Shown here: in pieces, positions 10,589 through 19,788 of the stretch | Layout of the letters: each line of letters starts with the position of its first letter | How positions within the stretch are numbered: the stretch's first letter is position 1 | Assembly (NCBI GenBank): GCA_019057475.1 | Contig: DXJO01000018.1 | Span: forward strand, 32,001 to 96,000 | Direction: 5' to 3' | From: Candidatus Thorarchaeota archaeon | Lineage (GTDB): Archaea > Asgardarchaeota > Thorarchaeia > Thorarchaeales > Thorarchaeaceae | DNA length: 64,000 nucleotides | Notes under the pieces: model-generated | The model's database searches: none | Told to the model about the DNA's origin: nothing | What the model saw: the letters and a program-made list of their open reading frames with translations, nothing else | Program-made: the position numbers and the translations under genes

Positions 10589-10593
10589 GTGTC

Positions 10594-10630
10594 GGCGGGA
10601 ATCTATTCCCCGCCCTCTCTTTTATTTTTC
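10594..10630 (+). terminator. Hairpin plus T-tract between convergent genes
   Basis: GGCGGGAAT..ATTCCCCGCC followed by TCTCTTTTATTTTT. Confidence 0.5.
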
Positions 10631-10641
10631 TGGAATGTCAC

Positions 10642-10941
10642 TCAAAGAGAGATGACCTTGTCGTATTCGTCCATCATCAAATCGACGATTCGGGAGTAGT
10701 CAACAAGATCCACATCCACGACAAGGCGATCACCCAGTCCGCGTTCCTCCACGTGTTTCTTGGACGCATACACCTTGACTTTCAACGTCTTGAGTTCATC
10801 AGAGTGTGGACAGCCTTTGTCAGCCATGAAAACTCCATCCTGAACCAGCAAAATGGCCGCCTCTTGGCCTTTGCTTTTCAAAGCTTGAATAATCTCTTCC
10901 AGACTTGAGCAGTCAGACGATAGCCAAATCAATGCCTTCAA
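10642..10941 (-). CDS. dsrH: DsrH/TusB family protein
   Basis: ILLVQDGV, VEERGL, VDYSRIVDL; third gene of a dsrEFH-like triplet. Confidence 0.85.
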   Translation of the reverse strand: MKALIWLSSDCSSLEEIIQALKSKGQEAAILLVQDGVFMADKGCPHSDELKTLKVKVYASKKHVEERGLGDRLVVDVDLVDYSRIVDLMMDEYDKVISL

Positions 10942-10956
10942 CTTCGCATCACACTC

Positions 10957-11307
10957 CTAAAATGTTAGAACTATTTCGTTCTCTACGAACGCCTTCCCTA
11001 CCCCAGCCTCGTCGAGTACTTCCACGCCTTCAATCAATTCACCGGGGCTTATGTTGTGCGCCTCCAACGACTTCTTGCTCACACAGATGCGACCATCGAA
11101 ACTCTGGAAGGTCATCTTGAACATCCTGATTGGCAGGTCGTTCATACCCTTCAGAATTGAGAGAACGCCGTCCCCCATGAATAGCATCATCGGTTCATGA
11201 TCCATGCCAAACATACCAACACTTGCACGCCAGCCCTCAAAGTTAAAGATGGAACCAAAAGGCTTGGATCTGATCAATAGCAGTACACTCCGTTCCGTGA
11301 ATTCCAC
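10957..11307 (-). CDS. dsrF: DsrF/TusC family protein
   Basis: PFGS..EG, LFMGDGV; middle gene of the triplet. Confidence 0.8.
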   Translation of the reverse strand: MEFTERSVLLLIRSKPFGSIFNFEGWRASVGMFGMDHEPMMLFMGDGVLSILKGMNDLPIRMFKMTFQSFDGRICVSKKSLEAHNISPGELIEGVEVLDEAGVGKAFVENEIVLTF

Positions 11308-11318
11308 TGTGATTCCTC

Positions 11319-11684
11319 CTATGGTACAAACGTTAGAAACCTGTCACACTCACCTACAATCTCTGCAAGCTCGGTGAGACCTGTGACCTCGACCCCCGGA
11401 GTGTAGTCAGTACCTTCCTGGTCAAATCCTCTGGCAGTTGTGCAGAGGCCACATGCTTGGAAAACAGCCCCAGCATCAGCCAGCTCTTGGAACCTTTCAT
11501 TCATTGGGCGTTCAGGATCAGGTTCCTGGTTGAGCTTGGCATTGTTCACTCCGTCCACAAAAAGGAAGGCTTTCACTTCGTGACCCTTCTCGAGAGCGGC
11601 CTTAGCAATCTCATAGAAGGTTTCGCTATTCTGGTATGTATAAGGGCCGGTGAGCAATAGCATGCCCAGAGTCTTCTTGTTCAA
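11319..11684 (-). CDS. dsrE: DsrE/TusD family sulfurtransferase
   Basis: GPY, FLFVDGVNNA, ACGLCTTARG, GLTELAE. Confidence 0.85.
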   Translation of the reverse strand: MNKKTLGMLLLTGPYTYQNSETFYEIAKAALEKGHEVKAFLFVDGVNNAKLNQEPDPERPMNERFQELADAGAVFQACGLCTTARGFDQEGTDYTPGVEVTGLTELAEIVGECDRFLTFVP

Positions 11685-11775
11685 TCCAAATCAACTCCTA
11701 GAGCTGTCCATTCAATTCCTGAGTGGTTAAAAAATGTAACAGTACGACAGTGAAGGTGCCCATGATGCTCGACAT

Positions 11776-12786
11776 TCAGTTGGCTGCATCAGACACTTGC
11801 GCCTTGAAGCACGCAACTTCACGCCCGTCGCTCATCTTCAAGAGTTCAGGCTCCTTCTGACTGCACTCGTCACCCACAAACGGACATCTTGTATGGAACC
11901 TACAGCCGGATGGAATGCTGATTGGGTTGGGGGTCTCTCCTGTCAAGAGTATCCTGTTGCGTTCTACACCTATTTCAGGGACGGGAACAACGGAAACCAG
12001 TGCCTTTGTGTACTTGTGCATTGGCGAATCAATAATCTGCTTGGTTTCGCCTCTCTCAACTATCTTGCCTAGGTACGCTATCGCGATTCGGTCTGCGAGC
12101 TGTTTCGCTACCGCAAGGTTGTGCGTGATTATAATGATGGATATGTTCTTCTTCGCCCTAAGCTCCAAGAGCAAAGTAAGAATCTGACCGCGCATTGAAA
12201 CGTCCAGCATAGAAACCGGCTCGTCTGCTATTAGCAGATCTGGGTTTAGAACTAATGCGGCCGCGACCGCAACCCGCTGTCTTTGCCCTCCGCTTAGTTC
12301 GTGCGGCAATCGACCGACGAACTCATCTGGAGAATTTAGGCCTACATCCTCAAGAGCTGACCTCACTCGCTCGTCGACTTCGCATTCATCACGGCATATA
12401 TTGTGAATTCTAAGCGGCTCGGCGATAATGTCTTCAACAGTCATGTTATTGCTGAGAGAACCATAGGGATCTTGGAAAATCATTTGCATCCTCGTTCGGT
12501 ACTTCTTGAATTCTGATTCACTCATATCTGAAATCTTGTCACCGTCAAACCAAAGCTCCCCCTCTGTCAACGTTTCCAGTCGCATTATGAGCCTAGCGAT
12601 CGTGGTCTTGCCGCAGCCCGATTCGCCTGCAATGCAGAAGATCTCACCTCTCTTAACTTTCAAGTCTATGCCATCTACAGCACGGATGTATGTGGGCTCA
12701 GTTCTTTTGAAGATAGTTGAGAATAGTCCGCTTCTAACAGTGAACCACTTCTTGATGCCTCGTGCCTCCAATATTATATCTGACAT
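11776..12786 (-). CDS. oppF: Oligopeptide/dipeptide ABC transporter ATPase (OppF/DppF)
   Basis: [26 protein letters not shown]-terminal PSGCRFHTRC; start taken at MSDII (ATG 12786). Confidence 0.92.
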   Translation of the reverse strand: MSDIILEARGIKKWFTVRSGLFSTIFKRTEPTYIRAVDGIDLKVKRGEIFCIAGESGCGKTTIARLIMRLETLTEGELWFDGDKISDMSESEFKKYRTRMQMIFQDPYGSLSNNMTVEDIIAEPLRIHNICRDECEVDERVRSALEDVGLNSPDEFVGRLPHELSGGQRQRVAVAAALVLNPDLLIADEPVSMLDVSMRGQILTLLLELRAKKNISIIIITHNLAVAKQLADRIAIAYLGKIVERGETKQIIDSPMHKYTKALVSVVPVPEIGVERNRILLTGETPNPISIPSGCRFHTRCPFVGDECSQKEPELLKMSDGREVACFKAQVSDAAN

Positions 12787-13757
12787 CAGAACTCGTGCCT
12801 CCTCCAGCAAGCAACGCAGTGGCCATTCTCGCATTCAAGAGGTGGTACTTCCTGTCTACACCTGTCAACAGCGAAATCACACCTGGGATTGAATCTGCAA
12901 CCGCTTGGCGGATTAATGAGGTCCGGTGGATTTCCAGGAATGAAGTCTATCTCCTTATCGACTAGAATACTCGGAAATGATGAGATGAGTTTCTTCGTAT
13001 ACGGATGCTCAGGCATTGTGAAGATAGTATCAGTGCGGCCAGTTTCTACAATACGCCCTGCATACATTATGATGATTCTGTCACAAGTTTCAGCCAGAAC
13101 AGACAGGTCATGAGTAATCAGGAGGACTGATAGATTGGTCCTATCCCTCAACTGGTTAAAAAGGTCGAGAATCTGCGCTTGGACCATAACATCTAAAGCT
13201 GTCGTTGGCTCGTCCGCGATTATGATGGACGGATGGCAGACCAAAGCCAAAGCAATCATCAGGCGTTGCTTCATTCCACCGCTCAATTCATGGGGATATG
13301 AAGTGGCACGTGCAGGGTCGATTCCAACTGATTTGATCAACTCAAGCGAGCGCTCTTTCGCCTCCTGTTCTGTCACATCCTCGTGAATACGCAATGCAGT
13401 GATCATTTGGTCTATAGCCTTGTGGACTGGATTCAGAGCATTCATCGCTCCTTGGAATACCATGGAAATATCACGCCAACGAAGTGCTTCGACCTTTTTT
13501 GTATCATAGTCAAGTATGTTCTCGCCCTTGAATAGGATGACCCCTTCTTCCACCTTGCCCTCTTTGGGCAGCAAATGCATCAATGACAGCGCTGTAGTTG
13601 TCTTCCCGCAACCTGACTCGCCGCTCAGCCCTATGAACTCACCACGATGAATCCTGAAGCTAACATTCTCAGCTGCCTTCACTTTGCCCTGCTTGGTTTC
13701 GTAGGTGATTCGCAGGTTTTTCACCTCGAGGAAAACTTCGCGTTTTGTGTCAGCCAT
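12786..13757 (-). CDS. oppD: Oligopeptide/dipeptide ABC transporter ATPase (OppD/DppD)
   Basis: [35 protein letters not shown]. Confidence 0.92.
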   Translation of the reverse strand: MADTKREVFLEVKNLRITYETKQGKVKAAENVSFRIHRGEFIGLSGESGCGKTTTALSLMHLLPKEGKVEEGVILFKGENILDYDTKKVEALRWRDISMVFQGAMNALNPVHKAIDQMITALRIHEDVTEQEAKERSLELIKSVGIDPARATSYPHELSGGMKQRLMIALALVCHPSIIIADEPTTALDVMVQAQILDLFNQLRDRTNLSVLLITHDLSVLAETCDRIIIMYAGRIVETGRTDTIFTMPEHPYTKKLISSFPSILVDKEIDFIPGNPPDLINPPSGCRFNPRCDFAVDRCRQEVPPLECENGHCVACWRRHEF

Positions 13758-13766
13758 GTCCTCGCA

Positions 13767-16523
13767 TCACCGCCTCCTCAATCGGGGGTTGGCAATCTCG
13801 TCCATGGCATATCCAAGCATGGAAACCCCCATCAACAGTAGAACCACCATGATTCCAGGTGGAAAGACCCACCACCAAAGATTCCCAGTCATTGCACCCG
13901 AGCCAAAGGCTTGGTATAACATTGTGCCCCAACTGACCATAGTTGGATCACCCAACCCAAAGAAATCAAGCACGACTTCAGAGAGAATCGCATAGGCTGT
14001 CACAAGAACTGTGTTGGCAACGATGAGCGGCGCTACTGCGGGGAGAATATGCTTAAACATGATGTAGGATTTGCTACCTCCGACCGCTCTTGCTCTCTCG
14101 ATGTAATCCCGCTCCTTAATTGTTAAAACCTGACCCCTTACTATGCGCGCAGTGGAAGGCCAAGAGAATATGCCTATGATAATAATCAACGAATAGACCG
14201 AAGGAGGAAGAATCGCACCAAGAATAATCATAATCACAAGACCAGGTATCACAAAGAAGATGTCGGTGAAACGCATCAAAAGCGAATCAGCAATGCCTCC
14301 ATAGTACCCCGCAAGCAGACCAATCATTCCTCCAATGAACATCGTAATCATTGTTGCGACTAGTCCGATGATGAGTGTGATGCGAACGCCGATGACAAGC
14401 TGACTGAATACATCTCGTCCAAGCTGGTCGGTACCCAAGAGATGGAACCCGGGAAAAGAGGTGGGATTGCCTGTAATTATCCACAATGAGGTCGTCATCA
14501 GAAGAGCAAGGCCCAAAGTCAGCATAGTCAAGCCGATAAGACGCTCCAAGGAGGGTCTCAACGCTGATTTTGTGATTTCTCTCAGTGCAGACCGCAAGTT
14601 GGGTAGTGCTAGAGCAAGACCTATCCCACCAAGCAAGAATGCACCTGCAGTGGCAAGAGAGCTTGCTCTAGCTAGCGAATGCGGAAGAAGGAGGATTGCA
14701 ACGTAAGCAAGAAAGGCTCCAATGAAAGCCCATTGAATTGAAGCAGAAATGTTTGGCCTATTACGATAGCTTGCGTACACCCACACCACGGCGCCTATCA
14801 CAAGGATAGCTAGACTGACATCTAGAAGAGCGGCTTGATCTAATGGTAGGGGTGTTGGGGGCTGTCGTGGTGTCCCTGTCAAATGGGCTGTGGGATCGTA
14901 TGGAGCAAGTATGTCTCCAAATATCGCGAGAGCAGCAAATGCGGAAACTGTTACTGCTCCAACAATGCCCATTTTGTTCCCTAGAATCTGCCTTACCATA
15001 GCGATTGTCTGCACCTGTCGATTCAGGAAGTAGCCATAAAGCCAGCCGGCCAATGATGTTATTGTAAGAAGAGGATGAGCGATGATGGAAGCTGACAACA
15101 TCAGGACATGTAACCAGCCCTCCAGCGATGACACGGGCGGAAACACGCTTGCGCCCACAAAGGTCGTGGCCCAAGATAGTACCCATTCCAGCCCATATGC
15201 GTTGGGCATCGCAAGTGCCACAATCATTACAATTGTGACAAACAGCACATTCAACGTTAGGACTAATTGCGATAGTCGAATAAGCAGCTGCGGCCGATGA
15301 TTCGTCCAGAGGTACGTCAGGTTCCCAGGTGAATAAAGCTTGGCTCTATTCCAAATGAACCTGAGGATATCTTGCCTTCGCACGAATACGAGGATGGCAA
15401 GTGTGCTAATCAGAAATAGTGCAGCATAAGAAGGTGCGAGGAGCAGAATAACAATGTCCAGGCACAGCAGCACTGTGGTTAAGTACGTGAAAGGGCGCAG
15501 AAACCACCCGAAAAACCCTCCCTTCTTCTCATCTGTGAGGGTGAACTCAGTTCCCACTCTGATTCGTGGGTCAAGCCAGTAGTACAGGAAATCAGCAGCA
15601 AGGTTGGCAAAGATCATAACCACAGTGATCACAAAGAATGTTCCCTGCAAAACGGGGTAATCCCTCCAAAGAATGCCGTCCCAGAGCAAACGTCCGATTC
15701 CGGGATATGAGAAAATGACCTCCACTTGAAGTGCACCAGCTACCGTGGCTCCGAGGTTCAGAGCTATGATAGTGGTTACAGGAATCATTGCATTTGGCAC
15801 GGCCTCTTTGTCCAGCTGATCCTTCTCAGTACGTCCTTTCGCTTTCGCTGTAATCATGTAGTCCTCACTAAGCACATCAAGCAGTGCATTTCTCATTATG
15901 AGCGCAAACACGCCAATCAAAGCTATTGTCAGTACACCCCAAGGTAAAATGAGTCGTCTGACGATTTCATAGGTAAAAAGTAAGGGATTACTAACGAAAT
16001 CTATGTTTGGGATAATTGCTGTTATCGGGAACCATCCAAGATTGACTGCGAACAGCATGATGAAGAACATAGAGAGGAAAAACGACGGAATGGAATAGGT
16101 CAGCAATGAGATGATTAGTCCAACGGCATCAGCACGCTCACCCCGTTTCCATGCAGAATGCTTTCCAATGTAGATGCCGATTGCTATGGAGGCAATGGTC
16201 GCAGGTAGAATGAGTAGCAGTGTATTGAGCAAACGGTGAAGTATCAATATTCCAACATCTGTCTGATATCGAAATGAGATACCGAAGTTACCTGTCAGGA
16301 AGTTGACAATGAATAGAAAAAACTGCTCAGGAAGCGGCTTGTCCAAGCCAAACGCTATGATGATTTGCTCCTGCGCAGCTTCAGGGATATTCGGGTTTCT
16401 GGCTAGGAATGTGGCAGGATCTCCCGGAAGCATATGGAAGAAGATGAAGTCGATAGCCAGTGCAATGAATATAGTAACAATGGCTTGTACGACTCTTTTC
16501 GCCAGTGTTCCTCTTAGACCCAA
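13767..16523 (-). CDS. Fused OppB-OppC ABC permease with extra TM segments
   Basis: N-half OppB (LPGDP, FGLDKPL, EDYMITAKAKG, DPRIR); C-half OppC (LLGTDQLGRD, DYIERARAVGG, NPRLR); 918 aa single ORF. Confidence 0.88.
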   Translation of the reverse strand: MGLRGTLAKRVVQAIVTIFIALAIDFIFFHMLPGDPATFLARNPNIPEAAQEQIIIAFGLDKPLPEQFFLFIVNFLTGNFGISFRYQTDVGILILHRLLNTLLLILPATIASIAIGIYIGKHSAWKRGERADAVGLIISLLTYSIPSFFLSMFFIMLFAVNLGWFPITAIIPNIDFVSNPLLFTYEIVRRLILPWGVLTIALIGVFALIMRNALLDVLSEDYMITAKAKGRTEKDQLDKEAVPNAMIPVTTIIALNLGATVAGALQVEVIFSYPGIGRLLWDGILWRDYPVLQGTFFVITVVMIFANLAADFLYYWLDPRIRVGTEFTLTDEKKGGFFGWFLRPFTYLTTVLLCLDIVILLLAPSYAALFLISTLAILVFVRRQDILRFIWNRAKLYSPGNLTYLWTNHRPQLLIRLSQLVLTLNVLFVTIVMIVALAMPNAYGLEWVLSWATTFVGASVFPPVSSLEGWLHVLMLSASIIAHPLLTITSLAGWLYGYFLNRQVQTIAMVRQILGNKMGIVGAVTVSAFAALAIFGDILAPYDPTAHLTGTPRQPPTPLPLDQAALLDVSLAILVIGAVVWVYASYRNRPNISASIQWAFIGAFLAYVAILLLPHSLARASSLATAGAFLLGGIGLALALPNLRSALREITKSALRPSLERLIGLTMLTLGLALLMTTSLWIITGNPTSFPGFHLLGTDQLGRDVFSQLVIGVRITLIIGLVATMITMFIGGMIGLLAGYYGGIADSLLMRFTDIFFVIPGLVIMIILGAILPPSVYSLIIIIGIFSWPSTARIVRGQVLTIKERDYIERARAVGGSKSYIMFKHILPAVAPLIVANTVLVTAYAILSEVVLDFFGLGDPTMVSWGTMLYQAFGSGAMTGNLWWWVFPPGIMVVLLLMGVSMLGYAMDEIANPRLRRR

Positions 16524-16569
16524 AAAACCTCACCTTAAGTCCTGTGTACTACCAGTCTGCTAAAAAGAT

Positions 16570-16606
16570 TGGAAGGAACAGACAGATATTATGCCTGTTC
16601 CATCCA
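16570..16606 (-). terminator. Stem-loop between the SBP gene and the permease gene (possible attenuator or mRNA-stabilising hairpin)
   Basis: TGGAAGGAACAG...CTGTTCCATCCA, 12-bp stem with one mismatch, T-rich on both sides. Confidence 0.45.
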
Positions 16607-16624
16607 TTTTCTTGCTTTTTGATA

Positions 16625-18529
16625 TCAGCCTCTCCGTTTCATGTATACGATGCCTATGATCACGATTACAACCACAGCTATTCCAACGAGGGCAATCATC
16701 TCTATCGGGAACGCGGATGGCAAAAGGACATACACGTCAGCCTCAAGCCAAGACATCCAGTTCCAAATGGAAAAGATTCCTGATTCCCAGTCTGTATGAG
16801 CGAACTCCCATCTGTCGCTTCGATAGATTTCTAGGTCATTGAACTCCACAAGGATACAGACGCTGGCCTCATCATAGACAAGCTGCTGCATCTCATCGAT
16901 CAGGTCCTCACGTTCACTATCGTCAGCGAGCTTTTGCTCTGCATAGATTTCGTCTACGCGTGCAATGGAGAGTCCAGTCGGGTTAATCCAGCTCGGGGTT
17001 GTCATATACTGAGCGATGCTGTTGGGATCTGCTATCTGGGAATAGAACGTGACTGCCAGGTCGAAGTTTCGGCTACCCGCTGCGGTGTCAGTCACGAAGG
17101 TTGTTGTGTCAACTGCCTGAAGGGTTATGCCAAAGCCAGCAGCCTCAAGATCCGCCTCTATCAGTTGAACCATGCTCAGGTCAACCGGCGCGCCTGAAAC
17201 ATACTTCAAAGTAAACTCAAGAGCCTTGGTTGATCCATTGAGATCCTTTTCGTAGACCCCTCCGGTATTCTTAACCCAACCGTCCGCCTCAAGAGTTGCC
17301 ATCGCTTCAGCTGTACCAGCATCAAAGGTCACTAGTGCATTGTTGAACCATTTGAGTGTACTATGAACAACAGAGTCTGCAGGCTGAGCATGGTCCAGAT
17401 AGGCAATTTGAGCAATCTTTGTCTTGTTGATTGCCTGATTGATTGCCTTCTTGACCGAAAACTCACGCAACGCGAATTTGTCAGTCGTATTGCAGTAGTA
17501 CCAATCCTGGTCTATGAGTAGAGCTTCCCATCCAAGGAACGGGTTCTCATTGAGAGTAACTCCCTCAGTAGTTCCTAGAGACTCCAAGAATGGAGCTTCA
17601 GTTTCGCAGAAGTCGATTTCACCAGCCGCAAGAGCTTGTGTCATTGTTTCGATAGAGCTGTAGAACAGCACAGTAATGTTGTCGATGTTAGGGCGTCCCC
17701 ATTGATAGTCCTCATTTGCTTCAAGGAATGCGTACTCTCCGATTACGTACTCGGAAAGCTTGAACATGCCAGTGCCGACTTCTGGTGTGTCAAAGGTCGG
17801 TACAATAATGTTCCATGAGATTCCATCCCAGTTCAGGTAGTCCCAGTAGCCCCACGGGTCATAGCCGGTACCATTCAAACCCCACACGGGGTCGTTCCAT
17901 GTGATGGGGTCCCAGAGGTGCATCGGAAGTATTGGAACGTACGTAAGACCTGTAAGTAAGTACTCCTGGTTGACCTCGACAGGCGTACTATCGTATCGCT
18001 CATTCCAGTAATAGAAAGGAGCGCCAGCCATCCACGAATAGATGCTTGCGTACCCATTCTGCACGAAGTTAAGCACAACAGTATAGTCGTCAGGGCACTT
18101 GATGTTATAGTGATCGATGTGACCTGTTTGAGCTACCCACCAGCCCAACCATGTCCAAGTGAAGAGTGTCCAATTGACATCCGCTGACGTAAATGGAGTT
18201 CCGTCGTGCCATGTGGCATTCTGAACCAAATGCAAAGTCAGTTGAGTACCATTTTCAGCCCATTCCCAGGATTCTGCAAGGCCTCCCGTCACTCCCCAAT
18301 CATCATCCCAGCGCGTTAGCGGGTCATAGATCCAGTTGAAAAATTCCCATGAGGCTATGCTTCCCGCAAGAATTGGGTTCAGGTAGTCGGGCTCACCAAA
18401 CATACCCAGTTTGAATGGCTTTCCTGTTTCTTCTTCTTGCGCAACCACTTGCATCGGCGTATTGGCTAATACGGGTAGAACCATGGCCAGAACAAGAAGT
18501 AACGCGAGAATGTATTTTCGTCTTTTCAC
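16625..18529 (-). CDS. oppA: Family-5 ABC substrate-binding protein (OppA/DppA), C-terminal TM anchor
   Basis: LAESWE, WHDGTPFTSADV, VGTGMFKL; signal peptide after GTG 18529 (VKRRKYILALLL); C-terminal TM. Confidence 0.88.
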   Translation of the reverse strand: MKRRKYILALLLVLAMVLPVLANTPMQVVAQEEETGKPFKLGMFGEPDYLNPILAGSIASWEFFNWIYDPLTRWDDDWGVTGGLAESWEWAENGTQLTLHLVQNATWHDGTPFTSADVNWTLFTWTWLGWWVAQTGHIDHYNIKCPDDYTVVLNFVQNGYASIYSWMAGAPFYYWNERYDSTPVEVNQEYLLTGLTYVPILPMHLWDPITWNDPVWGLNGTGYDPWGYWDYLNWDGISWNIIVPTFDTPEVGTGMFKLSEYVIGEYAFLEANEDYQWGRPNIDNITVLFYSSIETMTQALAAGEIDFCETEAPFLESLGTTEGVTLNENPFLGWEALLIDQDWYYCNTTDKFALREFSVKKAINQAINKTKIAQIAYLDHAQPADSVVHSTLKWFNNALVTFDAGTAEAMATLEADGWVKNTGGVYEKDLNGSTKALEFTLKYVSGAPVDLSMVQLIEADLEAAGFGITLQAVDTTTFVTDTAAGSRNFDLAVTFYSQIADPNSIAQYMTTPSWINPTGLSIARVDEIYAEQKLADDSEREDLIDEMQQLVYDEASVCILVEFNDLEIYRSDRWEFAHTDWESGIFSIWNWMSWLEADVYVLLPSAFPIEMIALVGIAVVVIVIIGIVYMKRRG

Positions 18530-18569
18530 AAATATCACATCCAGTGAAGGACTGGGCTGAAATACACGG

Positions 18570-18616
18570 TGTACAATGATTAAAATCCACCGAACAACAG
18601 TGAACAACCATGAACA
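18570..18616 (-). promoter_or_regulatory. Four-box operator/promoter of the opp operon
   Basis: On the - strand: TGTTCA (18616), TGTTCA (18606), TGTTCG (18596), TTTTAAT TATA-like, TGTACA (18575); offsets 0/10/20/41. Confidence 0.75.
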
Positions 18617-18626
18617 TGGCTAGGCA

Positions 18627-19601
18627 TCATCGCTTCTTTACGCGGTACACAGCTAATGCCACGATGACAAGCAATGTAGCCGCAATGGCAACTGACTGTT
18701 CAAATGACAATCCCAACGTTGGAGGTGGAGTGGTTGATGATTCGAAACCCTCCACTAGCCACAGGGAGACCTTCATCATCATATCCCATTCGGAGCCCTG
18801 GTCATCAAACTCATTCTCCCAAATGCTGTTATCTCTCTGAGAGTCCTCCTCCCACTCTGGGTGAGGTCCAGAAAGGAACACGCGGCCAGAGTCGTATTCA
18901 AATGCGACCATTGCAGACTGGTTATTGACCGAGAATGTCGCCAGCGTGTGAATCCCATTTTGGCTCTCGCTTTCGAAGTAGGGTCCACCGTAGTACATGA
19001 CTGAATGCGTGGAGGGCTCTCCAGAGAAGTCGATGATATCCGAACTATGATTCACACTTATCTCGCACATATCGTAGTTTGGCCAGCTAGCAATCTCCTC
19101 GATTGAACCCACTCCCGTACCATCGAAGAGGTCAAGTGAATAATCATGGGTTGTTCCTTCCCAGGTGATCTTATCACAGGCAAAGTAAGCTCCAGCACAC
19201 ACACCAAAGAATGCGCCTCCCTCCCTCACAAACCGTCTAATCTCCGCAATTCCAATAGAGCCCAATTCATTGTTGTAGGTGACCGCCCAACCGCCCGGGA
19301 TGACTACCATGTCGTAGTTCGACAGTTTTCCGTCAATGATGTCTGAGGCATAGAGCAGGTCTGTACTTGCATTCATCCACTGAAACATGAATGTCAACGC
19401 GTTTCTACTACTCTGACTTGATGATTGGTCACCAAAGTAGACAGCCACGCTTACCCCTGAAAGGTCGATCCGATTAGCTGGTGTTTGGGCTTGAGTATTA
19501 GTGGCTAGAGTAAGAATGAACATTACTACAACTGCAAGTGCGACAAATGAGCGATAAGTTCTTGTGATGGCTTCAAGCTTCATTGAGAACCGACCGGACA
19601 T
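18627..19601 (-). CDS. BPL_N / class-I GATase-like domain protein, secreted and C-terminally anchored
   Basis: IPGG, GVCAGAYFAC, YYGGPYF, SGPHPE (Cys-His-Glu triad); signal peptide and C-terminal TM. Confidence 0.8.
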   Translation of the reverse strand: MSGRFSMKLEAITRTYRSFVALAVVVMFILTLATNTQAQTPANRIDLSGVSVAVYFGDQSSSQSSRNALTFMFQWMNASTDLLYASDIIDGKLSNYDMVVIPGGWAVTYNNELGSIGIAEIRRFVREGGAFFGVCAGAYFACDKITWEGTTHDYSLDLFDGTGVGSIEEIASWPNYDMCEISVNHSSDIIDFSGEPSTHSVMYYGGPYFESESQNGIHTLATFSVNNQSAMVAFEYDSGRVFLSGPHPEWEEDSQRDNSIWENEFDDQGSEWDMMMKVSLWLVEGFESSTTPPPTLGLSFEQSVAIAATLLVIVALAVYRVKKR

Positions 19602-19660
19602 ATTGATTGCAGTCGCGTACTAATCTAGCCTTATTGCTCTTTAGCAATGCGCAGCACTCT

Positions 19661-19707
19661 TGTTCAATCGTGAACACGGATGTTAGCACTCTTCATATCA
19701 TTGTTCA
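19661..19707 (+). promoter_or_regulatory. Four-box operator/promoter of the aminotransferase operon
   Basis: TGTTCA 19661, TGAACA 19671, TGTTAG 19681, TGTTCA 19702 (0/10/20/41). Confidence 0.78.
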
Positions 19708-19788
19708 TATCAAATACAGTACAGCCTGATATCAGTACTTCTTCAAACGGGTCTGGATGAAAAGAACCCCTATAGGAGTTGTCAAAGA

